Assembly: GCA_016839515.1 (NCBI GenBank)
Contig: JAEOUE010000209.1
Location: forward strand, 9,326 to 73,325
Length of the DNA: 64,000 bases
Direction: 5' to 3'
From: Candidatus Hodarchaeum mangrovi
GTDB taxonomy: Archaea > Asgardarchaeota > Heimdallarchaeia > Hodarchaeales > Hodarchaeaceae
Shown here: in pieces, positions 18,909-29,371 of the stretch
Layout of the letters: every line of letters begins with the position of its first letter
Numbering within the stretch: position 1 is the first letter of the stretch
The notes under the pieces: model-generated
What the model was told of the DNA's origin: nothing
Seen by the model: the letters and a program-made list of their open reading frames with translations, nothing else
Database searches by the model: none
Program-made: the position numbers and the translations under genes

Positions 18909-19208
18909 ATGTCTGAGGCATATATAGATATAGTTGAACGATTTATTCAATTGCAGGAAATTATGAAAGAAGATGATAAACGGTTCAAAAAAGATCTGAA
19001 AAGAACCGCCCGAATAGCATCTCTTCTAGCCTATGCAAGCATATATTCAAGATTTGATCTTGAAAAACAATATAAAGTATATAAAGCAATGATTCAAACC
19101 ATGTCAGAAAAAATGGAAGACTTTAAGACCCTTGGAGATCTAGTATTAGATATTGCTGCTACTTTGATCCTTGCATCTGAAGGAAACAAATACATTCGGG
19201 AAAAATAA
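18909..19208 (+). CDS. Hypothetical helical protein
   Basis: 99-aa ORF preceded by GAGGA. Confidence 0.65.
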   Translation: MSEAYIDIVERFIQLQEIMKEDDKRFKKDLKRTARIASLLAYASIYSRFDLEKQYKVYKAMIQTMSEKMEDFKTLGDLVLDIAATLILASEGNKYIREK

Positions 19209-19313
19209 TAGCTGTATTTGGAGATTGAAATGGTTTTTGTATTTTAATTAACTCAAGGGTATAAAAAATAAAGAAAGAAAAAAGTCACTATTATTAAATG
19301 TCTTCCTTTCTTC

Positions 19314-19475
19314 TTAATGCCAATTCCATAAGTCTTTTGGATCAATCTTAGGTTCAATTCCATACTTTTGTTCTAATGGGTGAATTTGATCCATTTTTTT
19401 TATATCCACTTTTCCTGATGAAGAAATATCAGGTTTACCCTGTACTCCTTTAGGAGTTTGTATTCTACCAGCCAT
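19314..19475 (-). CDS. Small hypothetical protein (53 aa)
   Basis: MAGRIQTPKG...DLWNWH; purine-rich RBS-like region upstream. Confidence 0.5.
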   Translation of the reverse strand: MAGRIQTPKGVQGKPDISSSGKVDIKKMDQIHPLEQKYGIEPKIDPKDLWNWH

Positions 19476-19769
19476 TCTTCTTACCTTTTCTCCATAAAAG
19501 TGCAATCCACTAGTTGGATTACGAAATAAATAATGGTTTAATTAATTGATAAAGGCATTTCATACCTCTGTATTGCGCTTATTACTTTTTTAATTGATTT
19601 AGTAAAAATTTTTCAAAGAAAATTCATAGCTTAAATGAAAGAAATCTCCCTTTAAAATAGGGTGTATTAAATTCTTATACGAATAAAGAATATAAAATAG
19701 CCTTAAAATAGAGTATAAAATTTATGAGTCCAGTTCTACATATTGCAGATGAAATAAATAAGAATTACT

Positions 19770-20489
19770 GTGAGAAATTTGTTCCAAATATTGAAAAAAA
19801 AGATTTTCATATTTTTATTGAAAAAGATATTTCTCTCTCAACCACTGTTAAAGCTGGATTCTGAGCAAGAACTTTTGTTCGAACATATCTTTCAAAATAA
19901 TCTAAGTCAGGAAAATATTCCTAGTCTTATAACTGAAATTCCATTTCCCAAATTTAAATTTCTTTATTTCATCCTAAAAACGAAAAAAGTGTTATTACAT
20001 GGATCAAACCAAAAAAATTTGAAAATTCTCATACCTCAAAAGCAAACAGATTACAAAGGAGATGCTGTAAATGCTGTTTTTGCATCAGGAGACGCCATAT
20101 GGCCTATATTTTTTGCGATTTTAGATCAAAAGATATATAAAGGCGGTATTCGCAATGCATGTATAAAAATTCAGCACAATCAGCAAAAAGAGAGTCATTA
20201 CTACTTTTTTTCATTAGAGAAAGCTGGTCTTCTACAAAAACCTTGGACTGATGGGATGATATATGTAGTTTCGAAAGAATCTTTTAACCCAACGAGTACA
20301 GGTATCGTTAGGTTTGATGAATGGATGAGTAATGATCCAATTAAAATTTTAATGGCTCTCCATGTTCAACCAAATGATTTCCCTTTTTTAAATAATATTT
20401 CTGGACATCAAAAAGGAGAATCAATGATAAAGTCTTGGTTATTTTATAAATGGAGATTAAGTAAGCTCAAAAATAACAAAGAAAAATAA
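19770..20489 (+). CDS. Conserved-looking hypothetical protein
   Basis: LLHGS, AVFAS..WPIFFAI, G.IYV, EW motifs reminiscent of ADP-ribosyltransferase-like folds. Confidence 0.6.
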   Translation: MRNLFQILKKKIFIFLLKKIFLSQPLLKLDSEQELLFEHIFQNNLSQENIPSLITEIPFPKFKFLYFILKTKKVLLHGSNQKNLKILIPQKQTDYKGDAVNAVFASGDAIWPIFFAILDQKIYKGGIRNACIKIQHNQQKESHYYFFSLEKAGLLQKPWTDGMIYVVSKESFNPTSTGIVRFDEWMSNDPIKILMALHVQPNDFPFLNNISGHQKGESMIKSWLFYKWRLSKLKNNKEK

Positions 20490-20491
20490 AC

Positions 20492-21538
20492 TCACCATTT
20501 TATCTTAAATAAAATCTCTCGTTCTTCTGGCGTTTTAGCAAATATACCAATATTTCCAAGTCGAAGATTAATCAATCCTTCCCCCTTCATGACGAAATAG
20601 CTTTTCAACATCTCTTTAAAGTTAGGAGAACGATGTTTATTTAGTTGATAACTAGGAAAGAAAGCTAACAAGGTTGTAGGGATTTTAGGGTCTATTTCAC
20701 TAATTAGTTTGGCAATCTGTTTGTGTTGATCAGATTCTACAATATCGGGTATATAAAGTGTTAAAACCTCAACAATGAATTCTAAATCCTTCATAAGATC
20801 GAGAGAGCCTAAAACAGTTGTATTAGAAGGAACTCCACAAAGTTTCTGATAAGCTTGTTTGTTAAAAGCTTTAATATCCAGCCAAAACGCATCGATACCT
20901 CCTTCCTTAAGAACAAGAAGATTTTTACGAGTTAAAGCATAACCATTTGTTTCTAATAATACCCAAAGGCGATTCTGTGAAGATTGTTTAATTTTCGTTG
21001 CAGTTTGAGCATAGAAAGCAGGATGACAAGAGATATCTCCTCCAGTAAACGCAATAATATTTCTAGCAGGACCAAATCCTTGAGGTGAAAGAGCTATCTG
21101 TGATTTTCTCAGTTTCTGGGGACAATACTTTGATCTAACTCCAAATAAAACACATGACCCACAATGATGGCATAGATCTTCAGCATGATACATAGTTGCG
21201 CGATCGAAAGGTTCAAAGACTGTTACTTCCTGTAAATATTGAACACTTATTTTTGCTAACATATCGGAGCTATACCATATGCCATTGACATGTTTAGTAA
21301 AATCGGAGCTATGGCATTTCAAACAATTATGATTACACCCACTTTGATATATCGAAAAATAATCTTCAGGACGGGAAAGATGCATAGATTTAATTAAACG
21401 GGAATAAAGTCCTTTAGAAGAATCTTTTGATCTTTTCAAAGTTACTTGACATGCTGGTAGATATTTTCCCAAGGGAGTACAGGTCAAGCATGCTCCCTGT
21501 GATACATTTTGAGATTCTAGTAGACAGTTTATAGACAC
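20492..21538 (-). CDS. Radical SAM protein (PFL-activase-like)
   Basis: GCNHNCLKCH CxxxCxxC, AFTGGD, ETNG, DIKA; extra Cys clusters. Confidence 0.88.
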   Translation of the reverse strand: MSINCLLESQNVSQGACLTCTPLGKYLPACQVTLKRSKDSSKGLYSRLIKSMHLSRPEDYFSIYQSGCNHNCLKCHSSDFTKHVNGIWYSSDMLAKISVQYLQEVTVFEPFDRATMYHAEDLCHHCGSCVLFGVRSKYCPQKLRKSQIALSPQGFGPARNIIAFTGGDISCHPAFYAQTATKIKQSSQNRLWVLLETNGYALTRKNLLVLKEGGIDAFWLDIKAFNKQAYQKLCGVPSNTTVLGSLDLMKDLEFIVEVLTLYIPDIVESDQHKQIAKLISEIDPKIPTTLLAFFPSYQLNKHRSPNFKEMLKSYFVMKGEGLINLRLGNIGIFAKTPEEREILFKIKW

Positions 21539-21621
21539 AATACTACTAAAACAACATTTGATATTTAAATATTTAAGTAAAATGAAAATAAAAGCAAATA
21601 AAAATTATGCTTTGTAGGAAA

Positions 21622-22080
21622 TTATTTTTTTCTCTTGCTTTTATTTAATATCTTCATCAATCCAGCCGGAAACAATGGAGTTTCAGGGTTGGTAAAAAAG
21701 AATGAAATGGATTTCCAGACTATCTTAAAATTTCCCCACCCATCATTTTTTTCAAATCCAGTTATTTCATTTTTAGTATAAATATGAATATTGTGAAATT
21801 TTCCATCAAATGCAAAATCAATCTCATGTCCTTTCACTCCATGGTACCTAAAGATGTTTTCTAGGATTCCCAAATGTTTGATTTAATAAATAGGTTCATA
21901 AATTTCTTCAAGTATCTCTCTTTTTAAAGCTGCTTCCGCAGATTCACCAAATTTTATTTCCCCTCCCAGAGGACGATAGAAAATAAGGTTTCTAATATCA
22001 TCTTTAACTTCAGCGACGAGAATTTGTCTATTATGTTAGGAAATATAAATTACATTAGGATAAATAGATTGTTTAATCAT
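21622..22080 (-). pseudogene. NUDIX hydrolase pseudogene
   Basis: Single frame from ATG at 22080 contains the Nudix box GGEIKFGESAEAALKREILEE, but has in-frame TAA at 22036-22038 and 21883-21885. Confidence 0.85.
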
Positions 22081-22722
22081 GGTTGTTTTAGAAAAAATTT
22101 CTCTTTGAAAAAATATTTTATGTTGTTGCTTTAGGTAAAAGTTTACATAGCTGAAGAACTTATTTTTAATAAGAATGAAGAAGTAGATAATATGTTAGGA
22201 GGGGGGAGGGAGGGAATCCTGCAGTTTTAGAAAAGAATTTCCTGTTCTGCAGAATTCCATATTTTTTATTTCTTTTTTCGCCCTCTCGGCGCATTATGAT
22301 GTCTTGTACAAATACTTGACATCATTTTAAGCTTATCATTCTTGTCTTAATATAGTTTTTTGCTTTTCAATTCGAAAAAGTCGTTTTGTTTTTCCTTTTC
22401 TAATTTTTTTTTTGGTATCTTCTACTTCTTCTGTGGCTTTTCTCATCTATCTTCATTATTTTTTCATAATCTGGTTCCTCTTTACCAATCTTTTTCGAAA
22501 TTTTTTTATATGTTCAATTTACGAGTGTTTTTTGAGGCGAATTTCAGTGTGGGATTACCAAATGCTTCCTTTATGAATATCCCTCCTTATTACCACGATC
22601 TATTGTACTGCGATCTCGCCTGTCATTGGTGTCTTTAGCTTTGTTTACTTTTATTTCTAATTATAATCTTTTATTGTGTTTAAGGTGGTTAACCTCAATA
22701 ATCTGTCATAATACCATAGGAT

Positions 22723-24822
22723 GTGACAAAATTGGAAAGCTTTTATGGAAAGAAATTTGTAGTATGTTCTGCTTGGCCATATGTTAATGCAGTTCCTCAT
22801 CTTGGGACAGTTCTTCATTTATTGGGTGCTGATATCTATGTTCGGTACCTTACTCTTCGTGGTGCAGATGTAATATCTGCAACAGGATCTGATTGTCATG
22901 GAACCCCTATTTCTGTTGCTGCACTAAATGAAGGAGTTTCACCTCAAGAATTAGTAGAGAAAAATCATGAAAAAATTGTATCACTACTGGAGAAATGGAA
23001 TATTAATCTTAATTATAGCAAGACTGCTAACCCTTTTCATTATAAGTGGGTACAAGATTTTTATCACCGAAGTTATGAGAATGGTTATATTTTTTCAGAG
23101 GAAATTGAACAGCTTTATTGTGAGTATGACGAACAATTTCTTCCAGATCGTTTTGTTGAGGGAAAATGTCCTTATTGTGGAACTGCGGGAGCAAGAGGGG
23201 ATCAATGTGACGCACCAAACTGTGGTAAGCCTCTAAATCCCATTGAGCTACTTGATCCACTGTGTAAAATTTGTGGAAAATCTCCAAAAGTTAAACCTAC
23301 TACTCAATGGTATTATGATTTCTCTCAATTTCAAGAGATTCTAGAAAAGTACATTCGTCAAAATCATCAACTTCCTGAAAATGCTAGACGATTCTCAGAA
23401 AATATTCTTGAGGAAGGAATAAAACCACGAACTTTAACTCGTGATCTATCTTGGGGAATTCCTGCAGATAAAGCTATTCCTGGAGCTGAAGGAAAGTCTA
23501 TTTATGTTTGGTTAGAAGCTGTTCTAGGGTATGTTTCAGCTTCAGCTGAATTAGGAGTTAATAAATATAATGATCCAGATTTTTGGAAGAAATACTGGTT
23601 AGATCAATCAACACGAACTATATTTTTTATTGGAAAGGACAATATTTTCTTTCATACACTTCTATTTCCTGCCTTACTTTTAGGCGTAAAAGATAGTTAT
23701 GGAGCTCCCTTTGTTCTTCCTTATAATGTTAGTACAACTGAATTCTTACTTTTCGATGAACAAAAATTTAGTAAATCATTAGGAATTGGCATCTGGATTG
23801 ATGATGCTGCTGAATTATTACCTACTGATTATTGGCGTTATTATTTAGCTGCTACACGACCAGAAATACGCGATTCGACCTTTTTATGGGAGGATTTTGA
23901 ACAAAGGATAAATAGTGATCTAAATGATGTTCTGGGAAACTATATTCATCGTGTACTTGTATTACTACACAAGTACTTTGAAGGGAAAATTCCAGAGTGT
24001 CATCGATTAGATAAGGATGATCGTGATTTTGTTGAAGTAATTAACGCGATTCCTGATACTGTTGCAGAATATTTTGACCAATTTGAATTCAGAAAAGCTG
24101 TTAATGCTATTATTGAGTTTACAAGAGCAGCTAATGGGTATCTTAGTTTGAAAGAACCTTGGAAAACTATTGAAACTGATAAAACCTCTGTTGAAACGAC
24201 TCTTTCACTCTGTACCCAATCACTTCGATCTTTGGCGATTCTATTGGCTCCTATTCTTCCAAGTATTTGTACAACTTTATGGTCTATTCTGAATCAAGAA
24301 GGAGAAGTTCACAATCAACTATTAGAGAACGCAGGGAAATTAATTCTTCAACCTGGTACAACAGTAAAAGAATCCGAACCTCTATTTTTTAAAATAGAAA
24401 TACTAGAACTTCAAAATAAACTTAAAAAGCTTAGAGAGGAGAAATTAAAAATGAAATCTAATAAAACAATTAAATCTACAACCAAAAAATCAGACTTAAT
24501 CCCTTTAGAGGATTTTCAAAAAATAGATATTCGAATCGGAACAATCATAGCTGTTGAAAAAATTCCTAAAGCAGATAAACTGTTAAAACTCCAAATTAAT
24601 CTCGGTTCGGAGGTTGGAAATCGTCAAATAGTGGCTGGTATCGCTACGTTCCGAGAGCCTAAGAAATTAATTGGACAACGAATTGTAGTGATTATTAATT
24701 TGGAACCTGCAACAATTAGAGGGGTTCAATCTGAAGGTATGTTACTTGCTGCGGTTGATGGAAAAAAACTAGGGCTTCTTGTTCCAGACATTGAAGTTTC
24801 CAATGGAACTCGAATTAGCTAA
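22723..24822 (+). CDS. metG: Methionyl-tRNA synthetase with C-terminal Trbp111-like domain
   Basis: PYVNAVPHLG, Zn knuckle, YVWLEA, GKDN, KFSKS, C-terminal tRNA-binding OB fold. Confidence 0.97.
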   Translation: MTKLESFYGKKFVVCSAWPYVNAVPHLGTVLHLLGADIYVRYLTLRGADVISATGSDCHGTPISVAALNEGVSPQELVEKNHEKIVSLLEKWNINLNYSKTANPFHYKWVQDFYHRSYENGYIFSEEIEQLYCEYDEQFLPDRFVEGKCPYCGTAGARGDQCDAPNCGKPLNPIELLDPLCKICGKSPKVKPTTQWYYDFSQFQEILEKYIRQNHQLPENARRFSENILEEGIKPRTLTRDLSWGIPADKAIPGAEGKSIYVWLEAVLGYVSASAELGVNKYNDPDFWKKYWLDQSTRTIFFIGKDNIFFHTLLFPALLLGVKDSYGAPFVLPYNVSTTEFLLFDEQKFSKSLGIGIWIDDAAELLPTDYWRYYLAATRPEIRDSTFLWEDFEQRINSDLNDVLGNYIHRVLVLLHKYFEGKIPECHRLDKDDRDFVEVINAIPDTVAEYFDQFEFRKAVNAIIEFTRAANGYLSLKEPWKTIETDKTSVETTLSLCTQSLRSLAILLAPILPSICTTLWSILNQEGEVHNQLLENAGKLILQPGTTVKESEPLFFKIEILELQNKLKKLREEKLKMKSNKTIKSTTKKSDLIPLEDFQKIDIRIGTIIAVEKIPKADKLLKLQINLGSEVGNRQIVAGIATFREPKKLIGQRIVVIINLEPATIRGVQSEGMLLAAVDGKKLGLLVPDIEVSNGTRIS

Positions 24823-24882
24823 ATTTTTTAACTGCCCAAACCTCCATTTTTCCACTCACTTTCAAAATGCTGGATTGATTGT

Positions 24883-26010
24883 ATGATAGATTGGGATTTA
24901 AGAATTTTTGATTCATCAACAAAATCCAATATTGTTAATCAATTTCAATTAACAGAGCAAGTTATGGAGATCGCAGGACAACATGGACATGCAACAATAC
25001 TAAAAGATATGTATGGAGGAGAATGGTTACTAAAAATTTTTTCGAACATAATTGATTTCGAATTAAAAGAAATTCAAGATCTTGAAGTTGATATTGAAGA
25101 ATCTCCTAAAGTTAATCAAGAGAGAATGCATCTTTGGCGTATTTTAAATGAATTAACTGCATCGCGTCTAGCTCAACAACTTCGTCTTAATGTTCCTAAA
25201 GTTATCATCATTACCTCTCAGGTGATATCAGACTTTAATCTTTCCCCTCAAACTTCTCTCCCTTTAGAAGATGTGGTTATTTTTGATGATGAAGGAGCTC
25301 CTGAAACTGCAGACGAGTATTATCAATATTCAGAACGTGATCCTTATTCACTTGAAACTTCTTCGCGATTTGAGCAAATTTTAAGCGAAAAATCTAACGA
25401 TAAGGTTTCTTCAAGCCCACTAGCACTTCTTATCGAAAAAATTCCAGAAAGCGTTAATTTAGACCAGTACATTGATTCCGTTGCAACAGGTATTGATGTA
25501 GCATTCGAAGAAATTCAAAGACTAAATGATGGGTATTATTTATTACCATTTGATATTTGGTTAAATGATCCAGATCGGAATGTAGGAAATTATCTTGTTA
25601 GAATTAATGATCAAAAGAAGGCAACACAAATATGGGGGATCGATTATGAAATGTGGGCCTTGGGATCTGATATTTGGATGGAAGAAGATGAAATTACAAA
25701 AGGAAGGAGTTATCTAACAGCAATTATTCACAATAATACTGATATTTTCGATCCACGCATAAACAAAACTATATTTAGGATTAGGAAACTTTCAGATGAA
25801 GAAATTCACTGGATGGCACGAGCACCTCAATTACTTTGTAAATATTTTGAATATCATATTTTTAAAAAGAATTTACTCCCTGACGAACGAATTCACCTGA
25901 AACAGGTTGAAATCAATTTAGAGGACTTTTTAATTGAATCACGACCTAGATCAGACAAATTAAGTAATATTTTAATCAAGCAAATCGGTTTACCCAGAGA
26001 TTTTTCGTAA
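24883..26010 (+). CDS. HipA-like / PI3-PI4-kinase-superfamily kinase
   Basis: WLLK, NELTASRLAQQLRLNVP, FDIWLNDPDRNVGN, GIDYE. Confidence 0.75.
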   Translation: MIDWDLRIFDSSTKSNIVNQFQLTEQVMEIAGQHGHATILKDMYGGEWLLKIFSNIIDFELKEIQDLEVDIEESPKVNQERMHLWRILNELTASRLAQQLRLNVPKVIIITSQVISDFNLSPQTSLPLEDVVIFDDEGAPETADEYYQYSERDPYSLETSSRFEQILSEKSNDKVSSSPLALLIEKIPESVNLDQYIDSVATGIDVAFEEIQRLNDGYYLLPFDIWLNDPDRNVGNYLVRINDQKKATQIWGIDYEMWALGSDIWMEEDEITKGRSYLTAIIHNNTDIFDPRINKTIFRIRKLSDEEIHWMARAPQLLCKYFEYHIFKKNLLPDERIHLKQVEINLEDFLIESRPRSDKLSNILIKQIGLPRDFS

Positions 26011-26160
26011 TAATAACTAAAATTCTTCTTATTTTTAATTTTTAACAATCTCCTGCATTTTATTCCATAATAGCTCTAATAATTTATTGGAATTATGCCT
26101 AGTTCATACTTCACTTTGAAAAATTAACAATTAAGGGGCTAGATTGTTATCTAAATTCTT

Positions 26161-26862
26161 TTAATATTTCTTTTTATCCTCAGATGTACCTCTCACGATA
26201 GCTAAAGATGCTGATGCTCCGATTCTTGTAGCACCCGCTTTAATCATTTCTTCAGCATCTTTGCGTGTTCGTATTCCTCCTGCAGCTTTAACACCCATCT
26301 CGAATCCAACCGTTTTACGCATTAATACTATATCCTCAATTAAAGCACCAGCTGTACTAAACCCAGTAGAAGTTTTAATAAAATCTGCCCCAGCTGACTT
26401 GGCAAGTAAGCTACCCATTATAATCTGATCTTTGGTTAACAAAGCTGTTTCAAGGATCACTTTGACAATAACTTTACCTTTGGCTGCATTTACCACTGCT
26501 TCAATGTCTTTTTCAACGAGATAATCGTTACCTGATTTAAGGGCTCCAATATTTATTACCATATCTACCTCTTGTGCACCATTTGCAATTGCGTTTCGTG
26601 TCTCAAAAGCTTTTACTTTAGATGTGGTTGCTCCTAAGGGAAAACCTATTACAGTACAGACCTTAACTTCTGACCCTTTCAGAATTTCTGCGGCAAGTAC
26701 AACGTTCGTAGGGTTTATACATACTGATGCAAACCCAAAATTCTTTGCTTCTTCACAGAGCTTCTTAATTTCTTCTTCTGTTGCATCTGCTTTTAAATTT
26801 GTATGATCAATATATTTTACTATCACTTTATCATCCATAGTTTTCAACCTTTTAATCATCAA
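26161..26862 (-). CDS. deoC: Deoxyribose-phosphate aldolase
   Basis: [33 protein letters not shown]. Confidence 0.97.
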   Translation of the reverse strand: MMIKRLKTMDDKVIVKYIDHTNLKADATEEEIKKLCEEAKNFGFASVCINPTNVVLAAEILKGSEVKVCTVIGFPLGATTSKVKAFETRNAIANGAQEVDMVINIGALKSGNDYLVEKDIEAVVNAAKGKVIVKVILETALLTKDQIIMGSLLAKSAGADFIKTSTGFSTAGALIEDIVLMRKTVGFEMGVKAAGGIRTRKDAEEMIKAGATRIGASASLAIVRGTSEDKKKY

Positions 26863-27048
26863 ATGTTTCTTAATCTGATTGCTTTAGTATTAGTTTGAAT
26901 GATTTTGAATTAATATTGTAGGTTCTACTGAAAATTATTATTCTGGAGTTAGCTATGATTTTAAAGTGGCATATTTTTGAGGTTTTATCATTTTATGTAA
27001 TTCAAATTTGTGTTGTAATATGCAAGATGTTAATGGAGAAATCACTAT

Positions 27049-28014
27049 ATGATCAGGGGATTCTCAAAATTAATTGGATATAATTGTCTTAATTGTCATT
27101 ATAAGTGCTGTGCAAGTGAGTACGACTTACCATTATTTCAGGATGAGAAGAACAATATTTGCGAGAAATATTCATATCTTTTACCATATTTTCAAAGTAA
27201 AAATTCACAATTTTTCCTTAAACGTGGTGATGGATGTCCATTTCTGACACTAGAAGGTAAATGTATCCTTCACCATACATCTTATAAACCCCTCACTTGC
27301 CAAACCTATCCATTAATATTTTGCAGGATAGATCAAAAAAATCTTTTGGTCTGGATTAACCCATGTCGAGGTAATTCGTTTGATTGGGTGGCAGACCAAA
27401 AATACCACATTAAGAATAAAGATATTGAGGATTTAATTGCAAAGATCAGTAATAGATATAATAATTATTGGGGTGAAGAGATTGATTATAATAATCCTTT
27501 TCAAAAAATAAAGAGAGAGAGGATAGATCAAGAAATAGAATTTCAAAGACAAATGAAACCTCAAATCCTTATGAATTCACTCGAATTAACCTCAAAAACA
27601 TTTAAGGATCGAAATATAGATTTTCTTATTGAAAATTTTAATTCAGAGTTGAACAACGAAAAAGAGGTTTATTCATATCAAATTCTAGAATCTGTTTTTG
27701 AATGGTTATGCTGGAGTCCAATTGGATTACAGCTTTCATTTTTAAATTCAAAATTTATTTTTTCTTTAGCTTCTCTCTATCTTTATTTGATAGGTTTTGT
27801 TGAATTAAATAAAAGTACAAATCTTTCTTATGATTCACGTTTAGCTCAAAATTATGGATCATTATTAGCTCGTTCGATTCTTCCAGAATTTTGGGGTCAT
27901 TTTTATTCTCATTCAACAGATGAAAAACTTAAAAGATTATTTAAACTAATTTCGGCAATTCTTAGTGGAGATGCATCTCAAGAAAAGCTCAATCAAGGAA
28001 AACTTGAAAAATAG
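27049..28014 (+). CDS. YkgJ-family CxxCxxCC cysteine-cluster protein
   Basis: CLNCHYKCC...CPFL...CILH..KPLTCQTYP. Confidence 0.85.
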   Translation: MIRGFSKLIGYNCLNCHYKCCASEYDLPLFQDEKNNICEKYSYLLPYFQSKNSQFFLKRGDGCPFLTLEGKCILHHTSYKPLTCQTYPLIFCRIDQKNLLVWINPCRGNSFDWVADQKYHIKNKDIEDLIAKISNRYNNYWGEEIDYNNPFQKIKRERIDQEIEFQRQMKPQILMNSLELTSKTFKDRNIDFLIENFNSELNNEKEVYSYQILESVFEWLCWSPIGLQLSFLNSKFIFSLASLYLYLIGFVELNKSTNLSYDSRLAQNYGSLLARSILPEFWGHFYSHSTDEKLKRLFKLISAILSGDASQEKLNQGKLEK

Positions 28015-28125
28015 TTTATAAGACTAATTTTTTGAAAAATATTCTATCTATTTGGATAAAGAAAACTTTTGAACTTGTATTTAAATCGTACTATAGAAGT
28101 TTATTAATGTAAAGGAAGATTTTAA

Positions 28126-28308
28126 ATGGCTGGAAGTCACGGTTCTCTTACCAAAGCGGGTAAAGTTCGAAATCAAACCCCTAAAGTCGAAGCTAGAACC
28201 CGTAAAGGGCTTATCCCAAGTCAACGGAATAAGAAAAATTATATCAAACGAATTGAAAGGGAAATACCTGTTGGGCAACCCGAATTTCGAAGAGATTCAG
28301 GTATGTAA
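28126..28308 (+). CDS. rps30e: 30S ribosomal protein eS30
   Basis: SHGSLTKAGKVRNQTPK. Confidence 0.97.
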   Translation: MAGSHGSLTKAGKVRNQTPKVEARTRKGLIPSQRNKKNYIKRIEREIPVGQPEFRRDSGM

Positions 28309-28324
28309 TTATTTTTTCCTTTTT

Positions 28325-28627
28325 TCATAAATCCCTTTTAACCCTTAATCCACAACGTTCGCAATAGCGGGACTCCATAACTAATCCATATCCACATTTA
28401 GAACAATATCGAATAGATGATTGTTTTTTCTTTTTTTCCTGGGTTTCAAATTCAGCCCATGCAGATTTATATGGATTAACTCCTTTTTTATCTGCGAATT
28501 CAAACCAGAATGATTTTTTACTAGATTTTTTACCTTCAGAAGGAGTTTTTGATCTCGCTAACTTTTGCACCTCACGGTTAATCTTTCGTGTATAATTTGA
28601 GTAACCTAACTTAAAAAAGATTATCAT
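28325..28627 (-). CDS. Small zinc-ribbon protein (start uncertain)
   Basis: C-terminal CSKCG...YCERCG. Confidence 0.6.
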   Translation of the reverse strand: MIIFFKLGYSNYTRKINREVQKLARSKTPSEGKKSSKKSFWFEFADKKGVNPYKSAWAEFETQEKKKKQSSIRYCSKCGYGLVMESRYCERCGLRVKRDL

Positions 28628-28781
28628 GGAAGAACTTGTATTTATTCATGAATATTATTAAATTTCATCCTCAAATAATCCAGGAATAATAAGAATGATT
28701 TTCATCACTATGAAAGATAATTTTTGAACTTAATCCTTGATGCTAAAGAATTGATATAAACAATTTATGTTAAAATTTAGA

Positions 28782-28880
28782 TAGCGGCTGGAGGATTTGA
28801 ACCGTCCGATCTCGGGGTCTCTCACGTTTTGATAGGCACGTTATGAGCCCCGCGGGATAACCTAGCTACCCTAAGCCGCT
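28782..28880 (-). tRNA. Initiator tRNA-Met(CAT) with 23-nt intron at 37/38 (28819-28841)
   Basis: A1-U72 acceptor AGCGGCT/AGCCGCT; G-C run in anticodon stem; canonical BHB (CTCA/TGAG helix, TAA and AGA bulges). Confidence 0.93.
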
Positions 28881-28978
28881 TTTTGATTAAAAATTGCATA
28901 TTCAGCCAAGATAATCGCTAAGAGTCTAGTTGAACATAACACTTGTTTTCTTTTTTAAGGATTGATATAATGTAAATT

Positions 28979-29335
28979 TCAATCAAAGAAGAATGCTTTA
29001 TATTCTGCATCCTGCTGTAACAATTCAGTGACTTGAAGTCCCAAAGGAGTTAATTGCCATCCTTTCTCACCTCTTTCGACTAATCCCATCTCTAAAAGGG
29101 ATCTACTATATTTTCCTGTTCTAATATGACTTCTTACGGTGTCCAATCCAACACCAATAATTTTACTTAATCTCTTATAACCCACTGAATCACGGTATAG
29201 TTCAATTAATATTCGTTTCTTTGTTCGTCCTAATCGATCTTTTATCTGTTGTGGATCTTGTGATATTTCATCATCAAAATCCTCTGACTGATCTAAATCA
29301 TTTTCATTTAAGTTTGAGGGTTTTTTCTCATTCAT
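28979..29335 (-). CDS. Winged-helix DNA-binding protein
   Basis: LSKIIGVGLDTVRSHI...LLEMGLVER...WQLTPLG. Confidence 0.8.
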   Translation of the reverse strand: MNEKKPSNLNENDLDQSEDFDDEISQDPQQIKDRLGRTKKRILIELYRDSVGYKRLSKIIGVGLDTVRSHIRTGKYSRSLLEMGLVERGEKGWQLTPLGLQVTELLQQDAEYKAFFFD

Positions 29336-29371
29336 CTTCCAATCCCTAGATTGAATTCCTCTTACTTAAAG

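Noticed and set aside
21622-22080. TAA stop-codon reassignment
   Set aside because: TAA terminates many conserved genes in the window at expected lengths
22360-22638. 92-aa Phe-rich ORF; region also considered as RNase P or SRP RNA
   Set aside because: Phe-richness reflects T tracts; conserved RNase P and SRP helix-8 motifs not found
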